Source: an uncultured Candidatus Saccharibacteria bacterium (GTDB lineage: Bacteria; Patescibacteriota; Saccharimonadia; Saccharimonadales; SZUA-47). From it: a stretch of 64,000 nt of DNA. The translations under genes were made by a program, and so were the position numbers. The stretch spans positions 42-64,041 of the forward strand of contig CAZHXX010000005.1 in the NCBI GenBank assembly GCA_964536485.1, in the 5' to 3' direction. The notes below the pieces were generated by a model, which made no database searches, had not been told where the DNA came from, and saw only the letters and a list, made by a program, of their open reading frames with translations. This document shows, in pieces, positions 29,884 to 39,494 of the stretch (positions are counted from its first letter, which is position 1; every line of letters begins with the position of its first letter).

Positions 29884-31767
29884 ATGAACGCCCAAGACAT
29901 ACGCAACAAATACTTAGCATATTTTAAACAACAAGGTCACGCTGTTATACCACGCGCCTTGATGGTGCCATACAACGAACCATCAGTGCTCTTTACTGGT
30001 TCTGGTATGCAACCACTCATTCCTTACTTACTCGGAGAAAAGCACCCAGAAGGGACGCGGCTTGTTGACTCTCAGACATGCTTGCGTGCGCAAGATATTG
30101 ACGAAGTTGGCGATAATCGTCATACAACCTTTTTTGAAATGCTCGGTAACTGGAGTCTAGGCGACTATTTCAAGGCAGAGCAACTCCCGTGGTTTTTTGA
30201 GTTTTTGACAAAAGAAGTTGGACTTAACCCAAGCAAACTGTACGTCACCTGCTGTAGCGGGTTCCCAGAATACAATGTGCCAAAAGACACCGAAAGTGGT
30301 GAGATATGGAAGAAGCTTTTTGCGAGCGTCAGCATTGATGCAAAAGAAGTTGAGATTGGGTCTGAAGAAAATGGCTACAAAGTTGGCGACCAAGGTGGAA
30401 GAATATTTTATTACGGCGAGAAAAACTGGTGGAGTCGTGATGGCGCACCTGCAAAAGTAAAAGTGGGCGAACCGTGCGGACCAGACAGTGAAGTGTTTTA
30501 TCTGTTTGACCATATCCAGCATGACACAAAATGGGGTGAGCATTGTCACCCTAACTGTGACTGCGGACGATACATGGAAATCGGTAACTCGGTCTTTATG
30601 GAATATTTGCGTACGGAAGCTGGGTTTGAAAAGTTGCCTGCGCAGAACGTTGACTTTGGGGCGGGGCTCGAGCGCATAGCCGCCGCTGCAATTGATTCTG
30701 ATGATATGTTTAAGATTAGTTTGCTATGGCCAATTATTGAAAAGCTACAAAGTCTTTCTGGTAAAACCTATGAAAGCCATACTGACAGTATGCGTGTGAT
30801 TGCGGACCATTTGCGGGCTGCGACATTCTTGGCTGTTGATGGTGTGGTGCCAAGCAACAAAGAGCAGGGTTATGTCATGCGTAGACTGATGCGCCGAGCA
30901 ATCTTAAAGGCATTTGACCTTGGTATTGAGCAAAATTTCATGCAGGAAGTCGTACCGGTTATTGCTGGGCTTTATACAACGGATTTTCCTGAAGTTGCGG
31001 AAGGCAAAGACAAAATTGTCGAAGTACTTGCAAAAGAAGAGAAGGTGTTCAGGCAGACCTTGCGTAAAGGAAAGCAAACCTTACCAAAGATTGCTGGCAA
31101 AAAACTCACTGGCGAAGAAGTGTTTACGATGTACGACACGTATGGATTCCCGATAGAGCTGAGCGTTGAAGAAGCAACCGTGCAGGGCATAGAGATTTCC
31201 GAAAACTGGAAAGAAGAATTTGACGCAAAGATGAAAGAGCAGCGCGAACGTTCGCAGACGGCTGCGAAGGGAACATTTAAAGGTGGACTTGGTGGTCATA
31301 CCTTGCAACACAAAAAATACCATACTGCCACGCATCTTATGTATCAAGCGCTTCGTGAAGTGCTTGGCGATCATGTCGTGCAAAATGGCTCAAATATCAC
31401 TGAAGAGCGCCTACGCTTTGACTTTAGCCATCCAGAAAAAGTGACGCCAGAACAAATAGCCCAAGTTGAAGAAATTGTAAACCGCGAAATTGCCAAAGAT
31501 TTGAAAGTAAGCTTTGCCGAATATCCAACCAAAGTGGCCCGCGAAGAAATGGGTGCACTAGGGCAGTTTGGCGACCGCTATGGTGAGACCGTAAAAGTCT
31601 ACAAAATGATAGCCGATGGCGCCGAGAAGCCGTTTAGTTTTGAAATTTGTGGGGGCCCTCACGTGGACCACACTCTGCAACTATTTGAAGATGGTAAACG
31701 CTTCAAAATACTTAAAGAAGAAGCAAGCTCTGCTGGCATCCGCCGGATTAAGGCAGCGCTCGTTTAA
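29884..31767 (+). CDS. alaS: alanyl-tRNA synthetase, truncated form lacking C-terminal C-Ala domain
   Basis: N-terminal catalytic core (FTGSGMQ, WGLG-like region), editing-domain HTATHLMYQALREVLG and CGGPHVDHT zinc motif; ends at 627 aa. Confidence 0.9.
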   Translation: MNAQDIRNKYLAYFKQQGHAVIPRALMVPYNEPSVLFTGSGMQPLIPYLLGEKHPEGTRLVDSQTCLRAQDIDEVGDNRHTTFFEMLGNWSLGDYFKAEQLPWFFEFLTKEVGLNPSKLYVTCCSGFPEYNVPKDTESGEIWKKLFASVSIDAKEVEIGSEENGYKVGDQGGRIFYYGEKNWWSRDGAPAKVKVGEPCGPDSEVFYLFDHIQHDTKWGEHCHPNCDCGRYMEIGNSVFMEYLRTEAGFEKLPAQNVDFGAGLERIAAAAIDSDDMFKISLLWPIIEKLQSLSGKTYESHTDSMRVIADHLRAATFLAVDGVVPSNKEQGYVMRRLMRRAILKAFDLGIEQNFMQEVVPVIAGLYTTDFPEVAEGKDKIVEVLAKEEKVFRQTLRKGKQTLPKIAGKKLTGEEVFTMYDTYGFPIELSVEEATVQGIEISENWKEEFDAKMKEQRERSQTAAKGTFKGGLGGHTLQHKKYHTATHLMYQALREVLGDHVVQNGSNITEERLRFDFSHPEKVTPEQIAQVEEIVNREIAKDLKVSFAEYPTKVAREEMGALGQFGDRYGETVKVYKMIADGAEKPFSFEICGGPHVDHTLQLFEDGKRFKILKEEASSAGIRRIKAALV

Positions 31768-32240
31768 GCTTGTTTTGGTTGTTCAGGAGCGAACGCCTTT
31801 GCACTAACAATTTGTGCGCCTTCGGCAATGAGGTCGAGCCAGGATACGACCCCCTTATGAACGCCTTGACCATCTATGGCGTAGAATTCCCTGTCAGGAA
31901 GTGAGAAAGTGTGTTGCTGTATATCTGTTAAGGTGACCTCAACGATAGATCGACAGACAATTTCTATACCAGTGAATGCTCTTTCTGTAGGGTACGCTTT
32001 GTCGTAGTAGTAAAATCCGTTGGCAGATTTGTCTAGCGAAAGAGCTATTGTTAGTTTTGAGCCGTCAGCATCCTGGGTTCTGTCAAATGTTAGTTGTGTC
32101 CCCACCCAACTTAGCTGAGAGCCAAGGTCTTTGAGCGCCTCAGGCTCGTAACCTGTCGGTATAAGCAGAGTTTCTTGATTAATAGGGAGATGATATGCTC
32201 CTGAAAAATGGTCAGGTATCCTGTCGGTCATGCTCGCCAT
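31764..32240 (-). CDS. hypothetical protein
   Basis: 158-aa ORF convergent with alaS (4-nt overlap). Confidence 0.45.
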   Translation of the reverse strand: MASMTDRIPDHFSGAYHLPINQETLLIPTGYEPEALKDLGSQLSWVGTQLTFDRTQDADGSKLTIALSLDKSANGFYYYDKAYPTERAFTGIEIVCRSIVEVTLTDIQQHTFSLPDREFYAIDGQGVHKGVVSWLDLIAEGAQIVSAKAFAPEQPKQA

Positions 32241-32330
32241 AATATATAAATTATATCATAATATTAGCATAAGTAAAATAAGGGCTTTCGGCTCTAAAGA
32301 TAACGACTAGCATGCTACAATAAAACGTAT

Positions 32331-33629
32331 ATGCTAACAAAGTTCCAAGGCCTTAAAGACAAGGCGCTTAAGACAGTCAAACCACACACCGGAAAAAACG
32401 CTGAGCGGTATCTTGTTGCTCTCGATATAGGAACAGAGAATGTCAAAGCTCTCATTGGCCGAATTGCTGAAGAAGAAGTCGAAATTATTGGGGTAGGCAG
32501 AGCTCATCAAGGCTTGCAAGACATGCAAGCAGGAGCAATTGCAGATATTGCCTCGGTCACGGCAAACTGTAATAAAGCACTGGCTGAGGCAGAAAAACAA
32601 GCTGGGGTTAGTGCGCGCGCTGTTGTTATTGGTATTGCCGGGGAACTTGTAAAAGGAATTACTGTTTCTGTTAGACTCCAGCGCAAAGACGCAAAAAAGG
32701 CACTCGACATCGATGAGGTTGAGCGGATTGTTGCGTTGGTGCAAAACCGCGCGTTAGAGCGTGCCAAGCAACAGATTGCGGACGAACTTGGCGGTAAGGA
32801 AATAGAGGTTCAGCTCGTTAATAGCGCGCTTGTGAGAATGGAAATTGATGGCTATGAGGTTACTAATCCTGTTGGGTTCCAGGGGAAAGAAGTCTTGGTT
32901 CAACTATATACCGCCTTTGCACCTATGATTCATATAGGTGCACTCGAGCAGGTGGCTACTCAGCTCGACATGGACTTACTTGCAGTGGCTGCTGAGCCTT
33001 TTGCTGTGGCACGTTCGGTGATTGGAGATGCAGATGACTCAACAATGAGCGCTGTGCTTATGGACGTTGGCGGAGGAACCACTGACATTGCTGTGTTAAA
33101 CGAAGGTGGTGTGCAAGGTACGCAGATGTTTGGTATTGGTGGACGAGCTTTTACAAAGAGCATCGTGCGCGATATTGAAGTTGGCTTTTTGGAAGCAGAG
33201 AAACTAAAGCTCGGAATTAGCGACGGCACAGCACCGCGACAGCTCACCGAGCGAATTGAGAAAGCCCTTACTAAAACAGTCAAAGTCTGGCGCTCTGGCG
33301 TTGAGCTTGCGCTTGGTGAATACAATACCCTCGAACATCTTCCGCATCACATTTTGCTTTGCGGAGGAGGTGCAAGCCTCGAACTCCTTGTAAACGAACT
33401 TGAGTCTAGCGACTGGTATCGACGCTTGCCGTTTGCGCGTAAGCCTAGTATCCACTTCATAAAACCAGAAGCAGTGGTTGGGATTACCGACACTACCGAT
33501 TCTCTTCACGACCACACCTTTGTGACAGCTATGGGCTTGCTCCGTGTTGGGTTAGACACTTTAGCACAAAACGGTGATTCTGGTTCTGAGAACGTGCAGT
33601 CTAAGATAAATAGACTGTTGAGGATATAA
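32331..33629 (+). CDS. ftsA: actin-like ATPase, FtsA-like (FtsA/PilM superfamily)
   Basis: LVALDIGTENVKAL phosphate-1 motif, DVGGGTTDIAV phosphate-2, C-terminal amphipathic tail SKINRLLRI; size fits FtsA better than PilM. Confidence 0.55.
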   Translation: MLTKFQGLKDKALKTVKPHTGKNAERYLVALDIGTENVKALIGRIAEEEVEIIGVGRAHQGLQDMQAGAIADIASVTANCNKALAEAEKQAGVSARAVVIGIAGELVKGITVSVRLQRKDAKKALDIDEVERIVALVQNRALERAKQQIADELGGKEIEVQLVNSALVRMEIDGYEVTNPVGFQGKEVLVQLYTAFAPMIHIGALEQVATQLDMDLLAVAAEPFAVARSVIGDADDSTMSAVLMDVGGGTTDIAVLNEGGVQGTQMFGIGGRAFTKSIVRDIEVGFLEAEKLKLGISDGTAPRQLTERIEKALTKTVKVWRSGVELALGEYNTLEHLPHHILLCGGGASLELLVNELESSDWYRRLPFARKPSIHFIKPEAVVGITDTTDSLHDHTFVTAMGLLRVGLDTLAQNGDSGSENVQSKINRLLRI

Positions 33630-33631
33630 GT

Positions 33632-35326
33632 ATGGCCGTCAGTAAAGAAACGATTTATATAGAGGCAGACGACGAAATAACGACAGTTATTGAGAAGATT
33701 ATAACGGCCAAAAACAAGATTATTGCTGTCGTACTACCTAAGCGGGCAACAGTGTTCCAGAGTGTTGTTAATATGAAGCTTCTAAAAAAAGCAGCAGATG
33801 AAACCAAGCGAAAGGTCGTACTCATAAGCTCAGAGCCAGGCATTGAAGCAATAGCAGGCGTGGCTGGGATGTACGTAGCGCAATCTTTGACCTCTAAGCC
33901 GGCTATCCCAAAACGAAGTGCCCCTGCATCGGCAGTCACGACCGTCTCGCTTGATGCGGAGGAACCATTAAAGGCGTCTGCTCAAAAAGTGAGTTTTGCC
34001 GAGAGAGAATCTCTTGCTTCTTTTCCTGATGATGAGGCAGACAATGACACGATTGAAATTGACAATACCGCGCAAGAGCCAAAAGAAGAAGCCGTCGAGA
34101 CGCTTATAGACAAAGGAAGCGAGAAGAAAAAGAAGTTCAAGATTCCTGATTTTAGCAGTTTTCGTCTTCGGTTAGGGCTAGGGATTACCGCTGTTGTGTT
34201 GTTGATTGTGGGCTGGTTCTTCGGCTTCATCATAATGCCAAAAGCGACTATAACGGTTAACGCCGATACATCGAACAGCCAGGTCAATATGGATGTTGTG
34301 CTGGATACAAGCGCGACGAGTGTCGATGAAAAATCCGGAGTCTTACCCGCAAAAGTCGCAGAAATAACCAAAGAAGATAAAGCGACTGCTCCCGCTACAG
34401 GTGAAAAGAACGTAGGAGAGAAGGCAACAGGTGTAGTAACTCTTACGAACTGCGCTTCTGGTGGGGCAAAGACTATCCCTGCTGGTACTGCTTTTAGTGC
34501 AGGTAGCTATACATTTGTCACGACAGCCGATGTTGATCTTGGTCCTGCGGTAATCGTTGGAACATGTCGAAGCGCCGACTTTCCTAATCTTACTACTCCT
34601 GGTGCAGTTGAAGACGTTGCAGTGGTTGCGACCAATCCTGGCGAAGGGTATAACCTCGCAGCACGTAGCTATCAGTCTTCAGTAAATGGAGTGAGCGCCT
34701 ATGGCTCGGATATGTCTGGAGGGTCGACAAAAGTTGTAAAAATAGTTAGTGCAGATGATATCCAAAAGGCGAAGGATCAGCTAAAAAGTACTGCAACAGC
34801 CGATGCTTCTAAAGAACTTAAAACAAAGCTTCAGGAACAACAACTTCAGGCCTTTCAGGAGACGCTTACGAATACAGAGCCAGCAGTAAAGGTTTCTGTG
34901 GCGGCTGACACGGAAGCAAGCGAAGTGGTGGTGACCCAAACTGTTACCTACAAAATGCTTGGGGTGCAAGCAGAACAACTTGCCTCGCTACTCAACGCAA
35001 AGATAAAGGCGTCTTTTGGCGACAATTCACAAAAGAACATTCGGAGCAATGGGCTTGATAAGGCGATATATACGCTAAAACAAAAAGAATCTGACACAAA
35101 ACAATCGGTATCTATACAAGCTATCGCTATTCTTGGTGCTTCATTTGACATGGAAGCAATTAAAAAAGATGTGGTAGGCAAAAAGCGTGGCGAGATTGAA
35201 AAAATGCTTGAATCTCGTGACGGAGTGCGTTCGGTAGGTGTTGAGTATAGTCCATTCTGGATAACAACCACGCCTAAGTCTGTAAGCAAAATAACAGTCG
35301 TTGTGAATGAAGTTGATGCACAATAG
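33632..35326 (+). CDS. bitopic membrane protein with ~100-aa cytoplasmic N-domain and large extracellular domain (hypothetical)
   Basis: SD GAGGA, single TM LGLGITAVVLLIVGWFFGFIIMP, Thr/Ala/Val-rich extracellular part. Confidence 0.45.
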   Translation: MAVSKETIYIEADDEITTVIEKIITAKNKIIAVVLPKRATVFQSVVNMKLLKKAADETKRKVVLISSEPGIEAIAGVAGMYVAQSLTSKPAIPKRSAPASAVTTVSLDAEEPLKASAQKVSFAERESLASFPDDEADNDTIEIDNTAQEPKEEAVETLIDKGSEKKKKFKIPDFSSFRLRLGLGITAVVLLIVGWFFGFIIMPKATITVNADTSNSQVNMDVVLDTSATSVDEKSGVLPAKVAEITKEDKATAPATGEKNVGEKATGVVTLTNCASGGAKTIPAGTAFSAGSYTFVTTADVDLGPAVIVGTCRSADFPNLTTPGAVEDVAVVATNPGEGYNLAARSYQSSVNGVSAYGSDMSGGSTKVVKIVSADDIQKAKDQLKSTATADASKELKTKLQEQQLQAFQETLTNTEPAVKVSVAADTEASEVVVTQTVTYKMLGVQAEQLASLLNAKIKASFGDNSQKNIRSNGLDKAIYTLKQKESDTKQSVSIQAIAILGASFDMEAIKKDVVGKKRGEIEKMLESRDGVRSVGVEYSPFWITTTPKSVSKITVVVNEVDAQ

Positions 35327-35747
35327 GATAGCGGGTGATGTCATTGCGCTCGATATAGGATTGTCGCGCACGGGCGTTGCTCGTATTAACACTACGGCAC
35401 GTATTGCTGAGGCATTGGAGCCAATCACCGACAGTCATCAACAGCTGGTGTCTGAACTTAAGAAGGTGTTTAGCCAGTTTGCTCCTGCCGCTGTGGTGCT
35501 TGGATTGCCACGAGGTCTTGATGGGCAAGATACCGAGCAGACAACGTATGTGCGTGGTGTTTTTAAGGACCTTACTCAAGCTTACCCAGATATGAACTTT
35601 TTTATGATTGACGAAGCGGGCACTACTAAGGAAGCCGAACTACGCGCAAGAGATGGCGAATCGGTGGATAGTGTTGCAGCGGGTATTATTGGAGAAGACT
35701 TTTTGGCAGAAATAATAAGGGGAAATATAGATGGCGTTACACTTTAA
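35307..35747 (+). CDS. ruvX: Holliday-junction resolvase-like YqgF/RuvX (pre-16S rRNA nuclease)
   Basis: IALDIGLSRTGVA RNase H-like motif, VLGLPRGLDG block typical of YqgF. Confidence 0.7.
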   Translation: MKLMHNRIAGDVIALDIGLSRTGVARINTTARIAEALEPITDSHQQLVSELKKVFSQFAPAAVVLGLPRGLDGQDTEQTTYVRGVFKDLTQAYPDMNFFMIDEAGTTKEAELRARDGESVDSVAAGIIGEDFLAEIIRGNIDGVTL

Positions 35748-36783
35748 AGATGGTCGTGTCCGCAAGCGTCGAAGGCTTGGTTTTTTCTTAGCATTAATTT
35801 TCTTCGTAGTCTTCTCACTTTTAGGGGCGGGCTTTGTGTACTATCAGTCGGGGCTGGAACCATTAAATAAGAATAATGATGAGCCTGTTGTGGTGACGAT
35901 TGTGCAAGGGATGAGTGATGCGCAAATAGGTGCTTTGCTAAAGTCAAAAGGGGTAATTAAGTCGGCCGAAGTGTACGAACTCTTCGTCCGCATTAGTCGA
36001 ATGACAGGCAAAGTTCAAGCGGGAAGCTACACTTTGAGTAGAAGCATGGATGTACGCCGTATTGTCGACAAGCTTACTGCTGGTGAAATTAACGTTGATT
36101 TGCTTACTATTTTGCCAGGAAAAACTATTAATGAGTTGCGCGCTGTCTTTGTTGATGCTGGGTATAGTGAAGAAGAGGTTGATACGGCGCTTGAGCCTGA
36201 CCAGTATGCTGATCACCCAGCCTTACGCGCTAAGCCGCCAAGTGCTTCGCTTGAAGGCTATCTCTACCCTGAAAGCTTTCAAAAAACCGATACAACACCT
36301 CTAAAAACAATTATTACCGCTTCTCTTGACCAAATGGCATCGGTGTTAAATGATGACGTAGAGGCAAAGTTATCCAAAAAAGGCTTAACCTTACATGATG
36401 GCGTTATTCTTGCCTCAATTATTGAAAAAGAGGTACATAGTGCCTCGGATAAGCCTATCGTGTCGCAAGTATTCCAGTCTCGTTTGAGCAACGGTATGCT
36501 TCTTGGTTCTGACGTGACGGCATATTATGGAGCTGAGGCCGAAGGACTGCCTCGCGCTGTTACCGCCGATACACCTTACAATACTCGTCTCTATTTGGGG
36601 CTTCCTCCTGGGCCTATAAGTAACTTCACGCAAGATTCCTTGCAGGCGGTGCTAGAGCCAAGCTCAACCGACTATCTGTATTTTGTTGCTGGGGATGATG
36701 GGATCACCTATTTTTCAAGAACCTTGCAGGAGCACGAAGCACTTACTGCTCAGCACTGTATAGAACTATGTGCTGCGCCGTAG
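35731..36783 (+). CDS. mltG: endolytic murein transglycosylase MltG (YceG-like)
   Basis: N-terminal TM, YceG-like domain with C-terminal FVAGDDGITYFSRTLQEH motif. Confidence 0.8.
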   Translation: MALHFKDGRVRKRRRLGFFLALIFFVVFSLLGAGFVYYQSGLEPLNKNNDEPVVVTIVQGMSDAQIGALLKSKGVIKSAEVYELFVRISRMTGKVQAGSYTLSRSMDVRRIVDKLTAGEINVDLLTILPGKTINELRAVFVDAGYSEEEVDTALEPDQYADHPALRAKPPSASLEGYLYPESFQKTDTTPLKTIITASLDQMASVLNDDVEAKLSKKGLTLHDGVILASIIEKEVHSASDKPIVSQVFQSRLSNGMLLGSDVTAYYGAEAEGLPRAVTADTPYNTRLYLGLPPGPISNFTQDSLQAVLEPSSTDYLYFVAGDDGITYFSRTLQEHEALTAQHCIELCAAP

Positions 36784-36802
36784 CCAAGCCTATGAGCAAA
36801 TG

Positions 36803-36831
36803 TTGACAATTTGACGCGTGACCTCTATAAT
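36803..36831 (+). promoter_or_regulatory. consensus sigma70 promoter (TTGACA-17-TATAAT)
   Basis: Perfect -35 TTGACA, 17-nt spacer, perfect -10 TATAAT; ~210 nt upstream of the LysM-CHAP gene. Confidence 0.55.
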
Positions 36832-37047
36832 CTTTAGCAGTATTTGTTTATTTTTGACTAAAAATTTAAGCAAATAGCACGTCGCAGTGTACGTAATAAT
36901 ATGTGATAAAACGGGACGGTCGAACACCCGTAAATAACAACTAAAAACACCTGCGAACTATGCGTTTTTCAGCCATTTTCCAAACGCACCCACAAGGAGT
37001 AAAGTATTCGTACGCAACTCACGTCTCATCTTGCAGAGTCTGCACTA

Positions 37048-38160
37048 GTGAAGACGGCTAACAACGTTACCGAAGATTTAAATCGTAAAGTTAAACGAAG
37101 TATTTTTCGTAGTAAACGTCGCATTGTTCGTTATGGGTTACTTGTTTGTAACCTTTTTTTAGTTGCAGGAATTGTTGGGTTTATTATCTCTACCCGGAAC
37201 GAAGCCCCAGCGTCTAGCACCCCTATTCTTAGCCTCACTGAAGAAAAAGCGGTCGTGAGCCCGCTTGATGAGATTTCTGGTGCTGATATTGCAGTCAATG
37301 TTGCGCAACTTGTTCATATGGACCAGACAACCTCAGTTATTAACAATGCCGACTCAGTAAAAGCTCAGCTGGATGTTGTCCCGAGCAGTACGCAAATTGT
37401 GTCTAAGCCACAAATTGTCGAAACAGAACTTAAGTCAAAAAAAGACATAAAAACCTACACAACCACAGATGGTGACACTATCGATTCTCTTGCCGAGAAA
37501 TTTGGCGTCGCGGCTGACAGTATCCGCTGGTCTAACGGTATTACAGGGGCTAAGATTGAAGCAAACAAGCAAATCGTCATCCCCCCAGTAAACGGGCTTG
37601 TGTATACGGTACAGTCTGGCGATACCCCTGAGACTTTGGCGTCGAAATATCGTTCTGACAAAGACCGTATTATTGCCTATAACGATGCCGAAATCGGTGG
37701 CCTTGTTATTGGTGAGAAGATTCTTATTCCAGATGGGAAAAAGCCAGATCCTCCCCGCGCTTACGTTAGTGTTTCTTATGGCTCGTCGGCAGTCTATGGC
37801 TTTAACGGCTATGATTATGGCTGGTGCACCTGGTATGTCGCGAAGCGTCGTGCCGAAGCTGGTAAACCACTACCTACCAATCTAGGAAATGCTGGTCCGT
37901 GGGCCTTTAACGCGGCACGCTATGGTATGCCAAATGGCAACACGCCAGCAGTCGGAGCCGCAGCCGTGACTGACAGAAGCAACCCAGGGCACGTTGCGTA
38001 TGTAGAAGAAGTAAATGAAGATGGTAGTATCTGGATAACTGAGATGAACTCTCGTGGACAAGCTTCTAAAACCGACAGTAGTCCGGCGGGTGGATGGGGC
38101 AGAGTTGACTGGAAGCTTATTCCTGTTGATAGAGCAAACAGATTCACCTACATCTACTAG
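37048..38160 (+). CDS. LysM-LysM-CHAP peptidoglycan hydrolase, membrane-anchored
   Basis: GTG start in track; two LysM repeats (YTTTDGDTIDSLAEKFGV, YTVQSGDTPETLASKY), C-terminal CHAP (GWCTWYVAKRR ... GHVAYVEEV). Confidence 0.75.
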   Translation: MKTANNVTEDLNRKVKRSIFRSKRRIVRYGLLVCNLFLVAGIVGFIISTRNEAPASSTPILSLTEEKAVVSPLDEISGADIAVNVAQLVHMDQTTSVINNADSVKAQLDVVPSSTQIVSKPQIVETELKSKKDIKTYTTTDGDTIDSLAEKFGVAADSIRWSNGITGAKIEANKQIVIPPVNGLVYTVQSGDTPETLASKYRSDKDRIIAYNDAEIGGLVIGEKILIPDGKKPDPPRAYVSVSYGSSAVYGFNGYDYGWCTWYVAKRRAEAGKPLPTNLGNAGPWAFNAARYGMPNGNTPAVGAAAVTDRSNPGHVAYVEEVNEDGSIWITEMNSRGQASKTDSSPAGGWGRVDWKLIPVDRANRFTYIY

Positions 38161-38213
38161 CATCATGCGGGTTAAGTAGGTTCTTAAAGAGTAATACGGT
38201 ATACTATTAAGCA

Positions 38214-39491
38214 ATGTTTATTGATGTAGCGACAGTTTTGGTAAAGGCCGGAGACGGTGGAAATGGTGTTGTCTCGTTTTTGCATGCCCGCGGACTTCCG
38301 ATGGGTGGACCGGATGGCGGTGATGGCGGGCACGGGGGTAACCTTGTGTTTACGGCAAGCAATAATGAAAATACGCTTGCAAATTTTCGCTACCAAAAAG
38401 AACTTAAAGCAGAGGACGGCCAGGCAGGCCGTGGCGCGAAGATGCATGGCCGAAACGGCAAAGATTTGATAGTAAACGTCCCCGTGGGAACTCAGATTAG
38501 TGAAGGCGACAGCGTACTCGCCGACCTTACTGAGCCTGGTGAAAGCGTTATTATTGCTAAAGGTGGTAATGGTGGTTTTGGGAATGCGCACTTTACGAGT
38601 AGTACGCGTCAAGCCCCGCGAGTTGCAGAAAAGGGCGAAAAAGGCGAGACCAAAGAGCTCAAACTTGAGCTAAAGATGATTGCTGATGTGGGCTTGATTG
38701 GTATGCCAAATGCCGGAAAAAGCACTTTGCTTGCGCGTATAAGTAACGCACGTCCAGAAATTGCTAATTATGCCTTTACGACGCTTCGCCCTAACCTTGG
38801 CGTGGTGAAGATTGAGAAGGGGAAAGAATTACTCTTTGCAGACATCCCGGGGCTTATTGAAGGCGCTTCTGAGGGTAAAGGGCTAGGTGACGAATTTTTG
38901 CGTCATGTGGAACGTACAAAAGTACTTATTCATCTTATTGACGCCTATAACGACGATATCGTTGCTGCTTATAAAACTATTCAAGAAGAGCTTAAAGCAT
39001 ACAAAATTGATATGAGCGGAAAGCCTCAGCTTGTTGCTATTAACAAGATTGACGGCCTAGATGAAGAAATCGTAGAGGATCTAAAAGCTCAGCTTAAGAA
39101 AGAGTCTGGGTTGGATGAGGTGTTTGCTATCTCTGCTAATAGTGGTTCCGGGGTGCAACAACTTCTCTACGCCGTAAATGGACTAGTGCAAAAACTGCGC
39201 GCGACCGAATTATTGCAACAAGCAGAAGAGGCAGAAAAACTGCCAGTTATTAGTATTGAAAAAGAAGTTGAACCTTGGAGGGTTGAGCTCACCGACGATG
39301 CAATTCTTATTTATGGCGAAAAAATTGAAAGATTTGTTGCTAAAACAGACTTTGAAAGCGAAGATGCGCTACGACGCTTGCGAGATATCATGCGCAAAAT
39401 GGGTATTATGCGGAAGATAGAGCGCCTAGACGCAACTCCGGGGCTCCCAATTTATTTTGGCGAGAATAGAACTGACCATTTGGAGTATTAA
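38214..39491 (+). CDS. obg: GTPase Obg/CgtA
   Basis: Obg fold glycine-rich N-domain GDGGNGVVSF..GGPDGGDGGHGG, G1 GMPNAGKST, C-terminal OCT/TGS-like domain. Confidence 0.9.
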   Translation: MFIDVATVLVKAGDGGNGVVSFLHARGLPMGGPDGGDGGHGGNLVFTASNNENTLANFRYQKELKAEDGQAGRGAKMHGRNGKDLIVNVPVGTQISEGDSVLADLTEPGESVIIAKGGNGGFGNAHFTSSTRQAPRVAEKGEKGETKELKLELKMIADVGLIGMPNAGKSTLLARISNARPEIANYAFTTLRPNLGVVKIEKGKELLFADIPGLIEGASEGKGLGDEFLRHVERTKVLIHLIDAYNDDIVAAYKTIQEELKAYKIDMSGKPQLVAINKIDGLDEEIVEDLKAQLKKESGLDEVFAISANSGSGVQQLLYAVNGLVQKLRATELLQQAEEAEKLPVISIEKEVEPWRVELTDDAILIYGEKIERFVAKTDFESEDALRRLRDIMRKMGIMRKIERLDATPGLPIYFGENRTDHLEY

Positions 39492-39494
39492 GCA

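Noticed and set aside
36840-37047. c-di-AMP (ydaO-type) riboswitch in the LysM-CHAP leader
   Set aside because: Could not find the ydaO consensus elements by eye. Reported only as a long leader worth scanning.
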